From assembly GCA_030390025.1 (NCBI GenBank), contig CM059432.1:38070001-38134000 (forward strand): 64,000 nucleotides of DNA, given 5' to 3'. Position numbers and translations under genes: made by a program. Source of the DNA: Squalus acanthias. Its lineage: Eukaryota. Within the stretch, counting starts at the first letter, position 1; each line of letters begins with the position of its first letter. The notes under the pieces were generated by a model, which was not told the origin of the DNA, ran no database searches, and worked only from the letters and a program-made list of their open reading frames with translations. This document shows, piece by piece, positions 1 through 11,480 of the stretch.

Positions 1-195
1 GAAAGGGTGGTGAAAGCAGGTTCAATAGTAACGTTCAAAAGAGAATTGGATAAATGCTTGAAGGGGAAAATTTATAGGGCTATGGGGAAAGAGCAGGGGA
101 TTGGGATTAATTGGCTAGCTCTACCAAAGAGCCAGCACAGGCATGATGGGCCAAATGGCTTCATTCTATGCTGTGTCATTCTATGATTCTATGAA
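1..195 (+). mobile_element. CR1 LINE 3' end fragment
   Basis: CR1-type 3' UTR ending in (ATTCTATG)n tail at ~178-194. Confidence 0.8.
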
Positions 196-1067
196 ACCAC
201 CAGTGAATCGGACGGTCCCTATGAGACTGCTTGCCCCAGAACAGGAGCCATAGAGGTGAGCTTGAGTTACTCGAGTTCTTTCATGTATGAGAAAGACCTG
301 TAACCAGGGCCGTCACTTTGTCGTGGAATTATTTTTCTTTTAAAGGAAAGGAACCTCAAAATGCATTCAGTAGACATGGGCCAATTTCACAGCTCTTCAC
401 AGGCTCAATTTTCAGGCTGAATTCTGTTCCTGTTATTCTGACTCCCCCGTGGCAAACATGAAAGAACCACTACATAAAATGTTCTCAACTGGTGTTTACT
501 TTGGAATTTGTACAAATACTTTATGGTTCCTATTAGGCATATTTATGCTCTGAAAATAAATAAAGGGTACACTTTCCTTACTGTTCTTTTACCAATTAAA
601 GCAGCAAATCTTTCAGGCAGTCTTGCGGACTCCTGGCTCATTTTTAGTCAGATGTGTTTATTTGTGCAATCTACCTTCCCTCTCCCCTTCTCAGTTTTTG
701 CCATGGAAAGAGCTATTACAGAGAGGGCAGCGCTTCACAGGATCCGCAACCTTCCACCCCGACAGAATTGCATCCTTGCCCATCACACCTAAGCTGCTTT
801 AGCTGCTTGCCATTTCCAGCACGAACGTCATTGCTCAGATGGACCTCCCCCACCCCCCCCCAAGAAAATGACCACAAAGCTAAGTGAGCTTTAAGCTGGT
901 ACAAAGCCATTAGTTGGTATCATTTCACTTTTAAGTGTTAACAATATTAATAGGTATTCAATAAGTGATCTGCTAGTGGGCGGTATACAAATCAGATTAA
1001 AAAAAATCAATGTAAATCACAGCTCCTCTGAAGCCTTTCATTTCAGGATCAACAGTTAAAGACTTAC

Positions 1068-1362
1068 TAGTCTCATACGGTTGCCCGAATGAGAGAGCAT
1101 TTTAAAGTACCTCCGGTTTCTTTCCTGTTGGAATCTGCGTACAGTAAAAACGGAAAAGTTTCATCTGGTCTCGGTGCTTTGACATGGAAATTACACGATG
1201 CAAGCAAAAGCAAAAACGCAGAACCCATGAAAGGAATCCGGCTTTATTTCCAGATACGTTGCTGCAAATCCAACTGTACTGACTGAATAAGGTTAGACTG
1301 CATAAGTTGTAGAAATACCTTTTTATATTCTCATCATCAAAAGCCAAGTTAGCTTTCAATGT
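1068..1362 (-). other. Candidate host exon (mostly 5' UTR; possible start MLSHSGNRMRL at 1100)
   Basis: Non-repetitive DNA bounded on the minus strand by acceptor TTTTTTATTTTGCAG and donor GTAAGT (1067-1062); peptide not recognised. Confidence 0.25.
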
Positions 1363-2998
1363 CTGCAAAATAAAAAAATTATCACGATTAAGGGGGCAAA
1401 TCTAACTCAATTTAATTTTTTTTAAAACAAATCTGATTCAGTTCTGTTCGCTATGTTGGTTTTTGGATTTAATCATCTAGCGACAATGACTTGGGCTTTA
1501 TCTGGTGGAAATTAAAGCTGGCAGCTGGTTTCAGACATCCAGTCACCAAATTAAAGTACTTAAAATAGAATATCCATGTGTCATCCTCAGTCTGTCTATA
1601 ATATTTTAGTGATACAACAAAGAGACACAGTCAGCGCCAATCACCCTATAGGGAATAATTGGAATAAAAATTAAAACTTATCTTAAAGCCGCACCCTATA
1701 ATTATTCGTTGTTGTTATCAATAATATCAACAAATGAATGAGCATCATCTAAAGTGGCTGCTGAATCTTCAGTTATCATGAGGCCTGATTCCATGCACAA
1801 AAGTGCTGAAGGTGGATTCATGGACCGGTGGGTCCGAGTTATGCTGAATGCTTCCTGCTGGGTAAATCCAAACGAAACTTGTATTTTTTTGGCCTCTTTT
1901 GCCCATGCATGGCCATTGGCATTGAGTGACATTCATGGTTGCTTTAAATTTAAGATGCCCGCCACGATTAGGCAGGCTGTGATGAGTGATATGACGTTAC
2001 AGTACTCAGAATGGGAGGGGTGGGGGGAGAAGTTGAATTCATGCTGCCTGCTTTGCACCCGAATCTGGTTTGGGCCTCACGCCGGCGTGAGCTAGTGGGC
2101 GGAGCGGTTGCCCCAGGGACTTAGAGCACACTTTGGGTGGAAATTGAATTTCTGGAGCGAGGAATGTGGAGGCCAGAATGGAAGGAGTTAGTTTGGAGTT
2201 CACTACTGAGCACACATCTGAATCAATAAAAGCATGAAACCAACCTATGAGGTTGCTCCGATTCCCACTGACTCTGGTTCAGCACATTACATTTAGATGG
2301 GATCTACTGCACATTGAAGGTCATATGGCAATTCTCAGCTGATCTGTCCCATGGTGTACAGCATAATCAGTGTATCAAATCACTTATAGTCACTTTTTTA
2401 TTTATTCGCTAATCATAATCCAGCCTATTAATCATGTCTGGGATCGGTGCCAACAACTATTTATTTTTTAAAATGAGCACCAGTCACAAATTCTAGATTC
2501 TCTGTGAATGGGACTAAGTGGATGTGACAGGAACTGCCATCACAAACAAAAAGGCAAAGAAAATTGAGAGTTGCCGTGAACAATTATATCATTTTATTTC
2601 TTTCGGTAGGGAAAAGTATTAAAATGGAGATTGTAGCTGTAACTTTGTTCAGTGTTTCATTGCTTAGCCTCCTAAAAGTCAGTGAACAGCAGGGACTTAG
2701 GGAAGGGAATCTAAGTAATGAAAAAAAGCATGCTTGCAGGTTTAGCCTTCGAGATGGGGCAGAGATAGCAATCCCACCCAGGACACCAGCCACCAACGTG
2801 AGCATTTTTTGAAATTACTATATATTTTTTGGCTAACACATATCCAATGAATATGCAAGACTAAGGCCATTTCAGGCTGTTATTGTAGAGGGATCCTTTA
2901 ATTTGAAATGGAAAGAATTTCACTGGGGAAAGAGGGTGCTAATTTGAAATATTCAGTGACCTCTAAGTAAGAGCAGCAAAGCAAGTTGTACTCACAGT

Positions 2999-5158
2999 GA
3001 CTCTGAACGATCAGTCCTCAGCAAAGGCCTGAGCTTCATCCCCTTACGCCCCCACCTCAATGAATTTCGAGCTCGGCACGATGCTGAGCTCTTTTTCCGC
3101 CGCCTCCGTCTCCGTGCCCACTTCTCTGGCCAGGAGTCTTCCCCCCGTACGGCTGACCCTTTCTCCCGCTTTCAGAATTCTCGTTCCATCTGGACCCCTC
3201 CTTCTGGCCTCTTACCCTCTCTAGATCTTTTCATTGCTAACTGCCGCCGTGACATCGGCCATCTCAATTTCTCTGCTCCCCTCTCTCACTCCAACCTACC
3301 TCCCTCTGAACTTGCAGCACTCCATTCTCTCCGATCCAACCCTGACAGTGTCATTAAACCTGCTGACAAGGGTGGTGCTGTTGTTGTTTGGCGAACCGAC
3401 CTCTACCTAGCGGAAGTTGAACGCCAACTCTCCGACACCTCCTCCTACCTCCACCTGGACCATGACTCCACTACCGAACATCAAGCCACCGTGTCCAAGA
3501 CTGTCACTGACCTCATCTCCTCTGGAGATCTTCCCCCCACGGCCGCCAACCTCATAGTTCCCCAACCCCGCACAGCCCGCTTCTACCTCCTTCCCAAGAT
3601 CCACAAACAGGACTGCCCTGGTAGACCCATCGTTTCAGCCTGCTCTTGCCCCACGGAACTTATCTCATCCTATCTCGACTCTATTTTTTCTCCCCTTGTC
3701 CAGTCTCTTCCCACCTACATCCGCGATTCCTCTGACGCCCTCCGCCACTTTAACAGTTTCCAGTTTCCTGGCCCCAACCGCCTCCTTTTCACCATGGACG
3801 TACAATCCCTCTACACCTCCATCCCCCACCAGGATGGCCTGAGGGCGCTCCGCTTCTTCCTTGAACAGAGGCCCAACCAGTCCCCATCCACCGCCACCCT
3901 CCTCCGCCTGGCTGAACTTGTTCTCACATTGAACAACTTCTCCTTTGACTCCACTCATTTCCTCCAAATCAAAGGTGTTGCTATGGGTACCCGCATGGGT
4001 CCTAGCTATGCCTGCCTTTTCGTGGGATATGTGGAACACTCTTTGTTCCAGTCCTACTCGGGTCCCCTCCCTCACCTCTTTTTCCAGTACATTGACGACT
4101 GTATCGGTGCCGTTTCCTGCTCTCGCCCCGAACTAGACAATTTCATTCACTTTGCCTCCAATTTCCACCCTTCCCTCACCTTCACATGGTCCATCTCCGA
4201 CTCTTCCCTCCCCTTCCTCGACTTCTCCGTCTCCATCTCTGGGGATAGGTTATTGACCAACATTCACTACAAGCCCACTGACTCCCACAGCTACCTGGAC
4301 TACACTTCCTCCCACCCCGCCTCCTGTAAGGACTCTATTCCCTTCTCTCAGTTTCTCCGTCTCCGCCGCATCTGCTCCGATGATGCCACCTTCCATACCA
4401 GTGCTTCCGACATGTCTTCCTTTTTCCTCAACCGAGCATTCCCCTTTACCGTGGTGGACACGGCCCTCGACCGTGTCCGTTCCATCTCCCGCACTTCTGC
4501 CCTCACCCCGGCCCCTCCCTCCCGGAACCACGATAGAGTTCCCCTTGTCCTCACCTTTCACCCCACCAGCCTCCACATTCAACGGATCATCCTCCGCCAT
4601 TTCTGCCACCTCCATCGTGATCCCACCACCAAACGTATCTTCCCCTCACCTCCCCTTTCAGCATTCTGTAGGGACCGCTCCCTCCGAGACACCCTAGTCC
4701 ACTCCTCTATCACCCCCAGCACCCCTTCCCCTTCACCCGGCACCTTCCTGTGCAAGCGCAGGAGATGCAACACCTGCCCTTATACCTCCCCCCTTCCCAC
4801 TGTCCAGGGCCCCAAACACCCCTTCCAGGTGAAACAGCGATTTACTTGTACTTCTTGCAATCTAGTATACTGTATTCGCTGCTCACGATGTGGTCTCCTC
4901 TACATTGGGGAGACTAAACGCAGATTGGGTGACCGCTTTGCGGAACACCTCCGTTCAGTCCGTAAGGGTGACCCCGAGCTTCCGGTCGCTTGTCATTTTA
5001 ATTCACCCCTCCACGCCCACTCAGACCTCACCGTCCTCGGCCTCTTGCATTGTTCCACGGAAGCGCAGTGTAAGCTCGAGGAACAGCACCTCATCTTTCG
5101 TTTAGGCACTTTACAGCCTTCCGGACTCAATATCGAGTTCAACAATTTCAGATCATAA
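2999..5158 (+). CDS. PLE reverse transcriptase + GIY-YIG endonuclease (5'-truncated, frame open)
   Basis: Frame open from ~2999 (LSKGLSF, IKPADKGG); LPKIHK, GRPIVS, MDVQSLYT, GVAMGT, YIDD; C-terminal VYCIRC...LYIGET...RFAEH. Confidence 0.92.
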   Translation, partial: DSERSVLSKGLSFIPLRPHLNEFRARHDAELFFRRLRLRAHFSGQESSPRTADPFSRFQNSRSIWTPPSGLLPSLDLFIANCRRDIGHLNFSAPLSHSNLPPSELAALHSLRSNPDSVIKPADKGGAVVVWRTDLYLAEVERQLSDTSSYLHLDHDSTTEHQATVSKTVTDLISSGDLPPTAANLIVPQPRTARFYLLPKIHKQDCPGRPIVSACSCPTELISSYLDSIFSPLVQSLPTYIRDSSDALRHFNSFQFPGPNRLLFTMDVQSLYTSIPHQDGLRALRFFLEQRPNQSPSTATLLRLAELVLTLNNFSFDSTHFLQIKGVAMGTRMGPSYACLFVGYVEHSLFQSYSGPLPHLFFQYIDDCIGAVSCSRPELDNFIHFASNFHPSLTFTWSISDSSLPFLDFSVSISGDRLLTNIHYKPTDSHSYLDYTSSHPASCKDSIPFSQFLRLRRICSDDATFHTSASDMSSFFLNRAFPFTVVDTALDRVRSISRTSALTPAPPSRNHDRVPLVLTFHPTSLHIQRIILRHFCHLHRDPTTKRIFPSPPLSAFCRDRSLRDTLVHSSITPSTPSPSPGTFLCKRRRCNTCPYTSPLPTVQGPKHPFQVKQRFTCTSCNLVYCIRCSRCGLLYIGETKRRLGDRFAEHLRSVRKGDPELPVACHFNSPLHAHSDLTVLGLLHCSTEAQCKLEEQHLIFRLGTLQPSGLNIEFNNFRS

Positions 5159-5432
5159 CCCCGGCCCCTACCACATATATATACATTTTATCCACTCTTC
5201 TGGTCCGTGCCTTTTTCCTTTTTTTTTCTCTCTCTCCCCCCACGGCAGCTGTCTCTCATTCTGCCAGCATTTCACACCTCACCTTTTGTTTCTTAACCTG
5301 TCCCATTACCATCTCGTCTTGCATTGAGCATCTCTTAAGGTCTCTACTTACCATAGACCCCCTCCTTTTGTTCTTTTATTCCTCCCCCCAGCCTCCCCCT
5401 TGCATTTTTATCTGTTTAATTTCCTGCTCTTT

Positions 5433-5469
5433 CAGTTCCGACGAAGGGTTTCGACCTGAAACGTTAACT
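5433..5469 (+). ncRNA. Minimal hammerhead ribozyme motif in PLE pLTR (core variant CCGACGA)
   Basis: CAGTT-CCGACGA-stem II-GAAACGTT-AACT; U>C change relative to the CUGANGA core. Confidence 0.6.
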
Positions 5470-5604
5470 CTGTTTCTCTCTCCACGGATGTTGCCTGGCC
5501 TGCTGAGTTTTTCCAGCGTTTTCTGTTGTTATTTCGGATTTCCAGCATCCGCAGTATTTTGCTATCGTATTAGTGTTTGGTTCACTGCCACCTCTCTTCT
5601 AGGA

Positions 5605-5856
5605 ATGACTACCTTGAAGAAGTCCTGCTCTTCTCTTCGACGGGATTTCCGTTTGGCTCGTCAACCTTGTTCATCTTCATTGCTTTCAGTTTCCCTTCTC
5701 ATGTTTGATCAGGTATCTGCCAAGACTCGGTTTCACAGCCACATTACTTTCCTCAGCAACTGTCTCCGGTTCCAACTTATCCCACGTGGATTCCAATTAA
5801 ACTTCCACCCTTCGTGTTTCGTTTCAACCCAGGATTACAAATATCTCCAAGATATT
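5605..5856 (+). pseudogene. N-terminal coding fragment of next tandem PLE copy
   Basis: MTTLKK...HITFLSNCLRFQLIPRGFQL resembles the PLE N-terminal FL..C...IP.G motif; cut at 5856. Confidence 0.7.
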
Positions 5857-8800
5857 TGACCCAGCGACGATGAAGGATCAGCGATATACTTCCAAGTCAG
5901 GATGGTGTGTGACTTGGAGGGGTACTTGGAGGTGGTGGTGCTCGATGCGCCTGCTGCTCTTGTCCTTCTAGGTGGAAGAGGTCGCGGGTTTGGGAGGTGC
6001 TGTCGAAGAAGCCTTGGTGAGTTGCTGGAGTGCATCTTGTAGATGGTACACACTGCAGCCACGGTACGCCGGTGGTGGAGGGAGTGAATGTTTAAGATGG
6101 TGGATGGGGTGCCAATCAAGCGGGCTGCTTTATCCTGGATGGTGTCGAGCTTCTTGAGTGTTGTTGGAGCTGCACTCATCCAGGCAAGTGGAGAGTATTC
6201 CATCACACTCCTTACTTGTGCCTTGTAGATGGTGGAAAGGCTTTGGGGAGTCAGGAGGTGAGACACTCGCCGCAGAATACCCAGCCTCTGATCTGCTCTT
6301 GTTGCCACAGTATTTATGTGGCTGGTCCAGTTAAGTTTCTGGTTAATGGTGACCCCCAAGATGTTGATGGTGGGGGATTCGGTGATGGTAATGCCGTTGA
6401 ATGTCAAGGGGCAGTGGTTAGATTCTCACTTGTTGGAGATAGCCATTGCCTGGCACTTCTGTGGCGCGAATGTTACCTGCCACTTATCAGCGCAAGCCTG
6501 AACATCATCCAGGTCTTGTTGCATGCGGGCATGGACTGCTTCATTATCTGAGGAGTTGTGAATGGCGCTGAACGCTGTGCAGTCATCAGCGAACATCCCC
6601 ATTTCTGACCTTATGTTGGAGGGATGGTCATTGATGAAGCAGCTAAAGATGGTTGTGCCTAGGACACTGCCTTGAGGAACTCCTGCAACGATGTCTTGGG
6701 GCTGTGATGATTGACCTTCAACCACCACAACCATCTTCCTTTATGCTAGGTATGACTCCAGCCAGTGGAGAGTTTTCCCCCCGATTCCCATTGACTTCAG
6801 TTTTACGAGGGCTCCTTGATGCCACACTCGGTCAAATGCTGCCTTGATGTCAAGGGCAGTCTCTCTCACCTCACCTCTGGAATTCAGCTCCTTTGTCCAT
6901 GTTTGGACCAAGGCTGTAATGAGGTCGGGAGACGAGTGGTCTTGGCGGAACCCAAACTGGGCATCAGTAAGCAGGTTATTGGTGAGTAAGTGCCGCTTGA
7001 TAGCACTGTTGATGACACCTTCCATCACTTTGCTGATGATTGTGAGTAGACTGATGGGACGGTAATTGGCCGGATTGGATTTGTCCTGCTTTTTGTGGAC
7101 AGGACATACCTGGGCAGTTTTCCACATTGTCGGATAGATGCCAGTACTGTAGCTGTACTGGAACAGCTTGGCTAGAGGCGTGGCTAGTTCTGGAGCACAA
7201 GTCTTCAGCACGATAGCCGGGATGTTGTCGGGGCCCATAGCTTTTGCTGTATCCAGTGCGCTCAGCCGTTTCTTGATATCACGTGGAGTGATTCGAATTG
7301 GCTGAAGACTGGCTTCTGTGATGGTGGGGACCTCAGGAGGAGGCCGATATGGATCATCCACTCGGCACTTCTGGCTGAAGATGGTTGCAAACGCTTCAGC
7401 CTTGTCTTTTGCACTCACGTGCTGGGCTCCGCCATCATTGAGAATGGGGATATTCATGGAGCCTTCTCCTCCCGTTAGTTGTTTAATGATCCACCACCAT
7501 TCACAACTGGAGGTGGCAGGACTGCAGAGCTTTGATCTGATCCGTTGATTGTGGGATCACTTAGCCCTGTCTATAGCATGCTGCTTCCATTGCTTAGCAT
7601 GCATGTAGTCCTGTGTTGCAGCTTCCCCAGGTTGGCACCTCATTTTTAGGTACTCCTGGTGCTGCTCCTGGCATGCTCTTCTACACTCTCATTGAACCAG
7701 GGTTGGTCCCCTGGCTTGATGGTAATGGTAGAGTGAGGGATATGCCGGGCCATAAGGTTACAGATTGTGGTGGAATAAAATTCTGCTGCTGCTGATGGCC
7801 CACAGCGCCTCATGGATGCCCAGTTTTGAGCTGCTAGATCTGTTCTGAATCTATCCCATTTAGCACAGTGGTAGTGCCACACAACACGATGGAGGGTGTC
7901 CTCAGTGTGAAGACGGGACTTCGTCTCCACAATGACTGTGCGGTGGTCACTGCTACCAATACTGTCATGGACAGATGCATCTGCGACAGGTAGATTGGCG
8001 AGGACGAGGTCAACTAGGTTTTTCCTTCATGTTGGTTCTCTCACCACCTGTCACAGGCCCAGACTGGCAGCTATGTCCTTCAGGACTCGGCCAGCTCGGT
8101 CAGTAGTGATGTTACTGAGCCACTCCTAGTGATGGACATTGATGTCCCCCACCCTGAGTACATTCTGTGCCCTTGCTACTCTCAGTGCTTCTTCCAAGTG
8201 GTGTTCAACATGGAGGAGTACTGATTCATCAGCTGAGGGAGGGCGGTAGGTGGTAATCAGCAGGAGGTTTCCTTGCCCATGCTTGACCTGAAGCCATGAG
8301 ACTTCATGGGGTCCGGAGTCAATGTTGAGGACTCCCAGGGCCACTCCTTCCCGACTGTATATCACTGTGCCTCCATCCCTGGTGGGTCTGTCATGCCGGT
8401 GGGACAGGACATACCCAGGGATGGTGATGGAGGAGTTTGGGACATTGGCTGAAAGGTATGATTCTGTGAGTATGACTATGTCAGGTGGTTGCTTGACTAG
8501 TCTGTGGGACAGCTCTCTCAATTTTGGCACAAGTCTCCAGATGTTGGTGAGGAGGACTTTGCAGCGTCGACTGGGCTGGGTGTGCCATTGCCGTGTCCGT
8601 AGCCGGTGCCGAGGTCGATGCCGGGTGGTCCGTCCGGTTTCATTCTTATTGTGTTTCGTAGCGGTTTGTTACAACTGAGTAGCTTCCGAGGCCATTTCAG
8701 AGGACAGTTAAGAGTCAACCACATTGCTGTGGGTCTGCAGTCACATATAGGCCAGACTAGGTAAGGCCGGCAGATTTCCTTCCCTAAAGGACATTAGTGA

Positions 8801-8870
8801 ACCAGATGGGTTTTTACGACAATCCGATAGTTTCATGGTCACCATTACTGATACTAGCTTTTTTTCCAGA
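5857..8870 (-). mobile_element. Non-LTR retrotransposon (CR1/L2-like group), APE + RT with stops/frameshifts, 3' end missing
   Basis: DIVILTES, GDINVHH (APE); KAMGPDNIP, NYRPISLL, QFGFR, DIKAAFDRV, GVPQGSVLG, FADD (RT). Confidence 0.88.
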
Positions 8871-8914
8871 GTTCAGTGGCCATTACTCCAGCTGATTACT
8901 TGACAGCTTCAAAG

Positions 8915-9484
8915 TGAAAGGGGAAAAGTAAAGAATATCTGGGAAAGTTAGTGTAGAGTAGTGTTGCATGACGGGGGCTTGGTTCTAAGCAGACAATGGT
9001 CAAGGAGAGCAGGGTGCAACATTACCAGACATAATCACGGGACATAATAACAGGGTTGCAAACGCTGCAAAAACTAACAATGTTCTGGTCAACAGACGTG
9101 GCGAAAGAGCTGATGTTGTAAGATAACGTATCTGTGCAGACAGAGAACCGCAATAGGAACCACATGACTTAGGCAGCTGATGATGAGTCGGGCCACAATA
9201 GACATGGAGTTAACAATTCTCAAAATTAGGGCAAGGGTGCGCTGACAGCCACCTGGTATTAACAGGAACTGGGACAAAGGATGTTGTAACATAGAATGTC
9301 CTAGAAAAGAGGCGGGAACAATGTATAACGCGCCATTTGGATGTGTAAATCTCTGACAACTGTTGTAACAATGTGGAGAAGCTTGGCTAAGACAGAGCAG
9401 GCTGTCTCCCCACACATGCGAATAAAGACTGCTTGAACTCTCGATATCAGATTTGTGTTGAGTATTTAAAATTACTCCACAACA
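8915..9484 (+). repeat. 5' LTR of element 1
   Basis: Direct repeat of 13183-13752 with about 18 substitutions by eye (~3%); AATAAA at 9421. Confidence 0.95.
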
Positions 9485-9486
9485 AT

Positions 9487-9504
9487 TGGCGTAGTCGGCA
9501 GGAT
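9487..9504 (+). promoter_or_regulatory. Primer-binding site, tRNA-Ser
   Basis: TGGCGTAGTCGGCAGGAT is complementary to the vertebrate tRNA-Ser 3' end ATCCTGCCGACTACGCCA; 2 nt after the LTR. Confidence 0.92.
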
Positions 9505-9745
9505 CTCAAGCGGACGGCAGACACCAGCAGACGGAAACATGTCAACCGCGTGAGTACGTTTAAAATGACCACGCATTGTTAGGACAAAGTAGAAGTCTGC
9601 TACGTGTCGGCTGCCTGAGAGATCTGAATCTGCAGGTCTGAACGAGACTCCACGCAGTCTATGGATAACAACCCCAGGTGAAACGACTGTACTAATACTG
9701 TGTTATCAAGATTGAATCGGTAACATAGCCTAACGGTGCAAGGTC

Positions 9746-9962
9746 GGTATAGGTTGCAAGTATCTGTCTCACTCGGGAGGAGTCTGGGAAAAGAAAGATA
9801 CCTCTGACAACGAATTAAATTGGTATAAGTTGCAAGTATTCATCTCACTCAGAAGGAGTCTGGGAAAAAGAGAGATACCTCTGACAAAAAATCAATGGTA
9901 TAGGTTGCAAGTATCCGTCTCACTCAGAAGGAGTCTGGGAAAAAGAGAGATACCTCTGACAA
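9746..9962 (+). repeat. Three ~75-bp tandem units in leader of element 1
   Basis: GGTATA(G/A)GTTGCAAGTAT...GATACCTCTGACAA at 9746, 9822 and 9897. Confidence 0.9.
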
Positions 9963-9971
9963 CAAATTACC

Positions 9972-11010
9972 ATGGGGGATAGAGAGATGGATTGGGGACC
10001 AGAAGGGACTCTGACTGAATATGTGGCCAAAAAGAATAAGAAAATGATAACCAACATGCTAGGAGATAAATGGGATCCCAACGCCGTCCCCGCCAAACAA
10101 AAAGAATGGTGGGAAGGCGAAAAGAAAAATAAAGAAGAAAAGGCAGTGATAATAATAACCTGATGGTATTGCGAATTAAGTAGGAGACTTAATAAATCCA
10201 TAGCAGCCCAGAAAAAATAAAAATGCACAAGCGCGACAACACCAACAGCGTCAGTAGTGGCAGCTAACAACGACAACCGATCTATAGACTGGGGAGACTT
10301 AGGACGGAAAGCAACCAAATAGGAAAGAGAAAGAGAAGGCGGGTGGAATACCCCACCCCCATACAGGGAGGATTACACCGGGGCATCAGAAACCACCCTC
10401 CCAAAAAGCCCTAGACCAATGGCCCCTATAAAGGTAGAATTTATACCTGGATTGCCCGGGCAGCCCAATGCTAACCCACCCGTAGCAGTGGGACAAGATA
10501 GAATCAGGTCCACCTACGTACCCTGTTCCCCAAGCGAAAAACTAAAATTACTGGACCGACTCCCCGAATTAAGGGTGAGACAGAGCAATGCCGAATTTTG
10601 GCAGAAAACAAGAGAGATGCGCATATGCCGTCTCTTGCATAATAAGGATGTCGAAGGACTAGTACGAGCAAAAATGCCAGAAGATAAATGGGAACTATTA
10701 CCACAGAATTACAAAGATGGCACATGGTGCCTGGACGTATCACCCACCCCGGCACAGCGTGAGGCAGATTACACAGCCTTTAAAGATGCAGTGTCCCTCG
10801 TGTTGGGCGCGGTTCCCATAAACTGGGGAATAATAATGGGGGTAACACAGAACAAAAGGAGAATCGGCTAATGAATATGGGGAAAGGAAATTCCAGAGCT
10901 TCCAAGCACATTCAGGAATAGTGGCAGGCCTTACCTGAGACAATATAGCCTTTCTAAAAATGTTTAAGGAAGGGTTAAGCCCTGCTCACCAAGCCATTCT
11001 GAAAACTGGA
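9972..11010 (+). pseudogene. gag remnant of element 1
   Basis: accATGg start; N-terminus similar to element 2 Gag (EYV..KK..I..LGDK...W...EKAV); PPPY at 10353-10364; capsid-like segment; in-frame stops. Confidence 0.75.
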
Positions 11011-11402
11011 CAACTGGCCTGACCCCATACGAACTAACGACTGGATGCGCCATGCGCCTGACCGAAGGACGCTCTACAGGAAGTGCAGAGTTAGGGCCAG
11101 TCAGGGATCGAATTAAAAACGATGTTAAAATTCTAGATGAACAGCTCAAGGCCTTGTGGAAGGAGGTAAGGGAACAACAAGCCATTAGAGACCAGGAGAA
11201 CAAATTGGCCAAGGAAACGGAACCTCTACTAAAGGTAGGGGACTCCGTAATGGTCCAGGCACTGCCAGGGCGACCCGGGTTCGCCCCGCGGTGGACCGGA
11301 CCTTATGAAGTAATAATGACCGGAGATACGTGTGCATGTGTGGATATGAATGGTAAAGGGCAGTGGAAACACTGGTCCCAGCTTAAAAAATATAGTGCAT
11401 AA
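11010..11402 (+). pseudogene. Integrase C-terminal remnant
   Basis: TTGLTPYELTTG, KVGDSVMV, PRWTGPYEV (GPY/F module), WKHWSQLK. Confidence 0.85.
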
Positions 11403-11480
11403 GAAACTGCTGTAGTAGATGGCCGCTGACCCTTGGTGATGACCAAGACCATATTATATCCCTGCAGGTAGACCGCCACC

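Larger units (their letters stand above)
2997..5856 (+). mobile_element. Penelope-like retroelement (PLE), partial tandem: 5'-truncated ORF, pLTR, start of next ORF copy
   Basis: RT plus GIY-YIG ORF, then hammerhead-bearing pLTR and a PLE N-terminal coding segment. Confidence 0.9.

Noticed and set aside
3665..4773. Antisense ORFs within the Penelope RT
   Set aside because: Shadow frames caused by C/T-rich codon usage.
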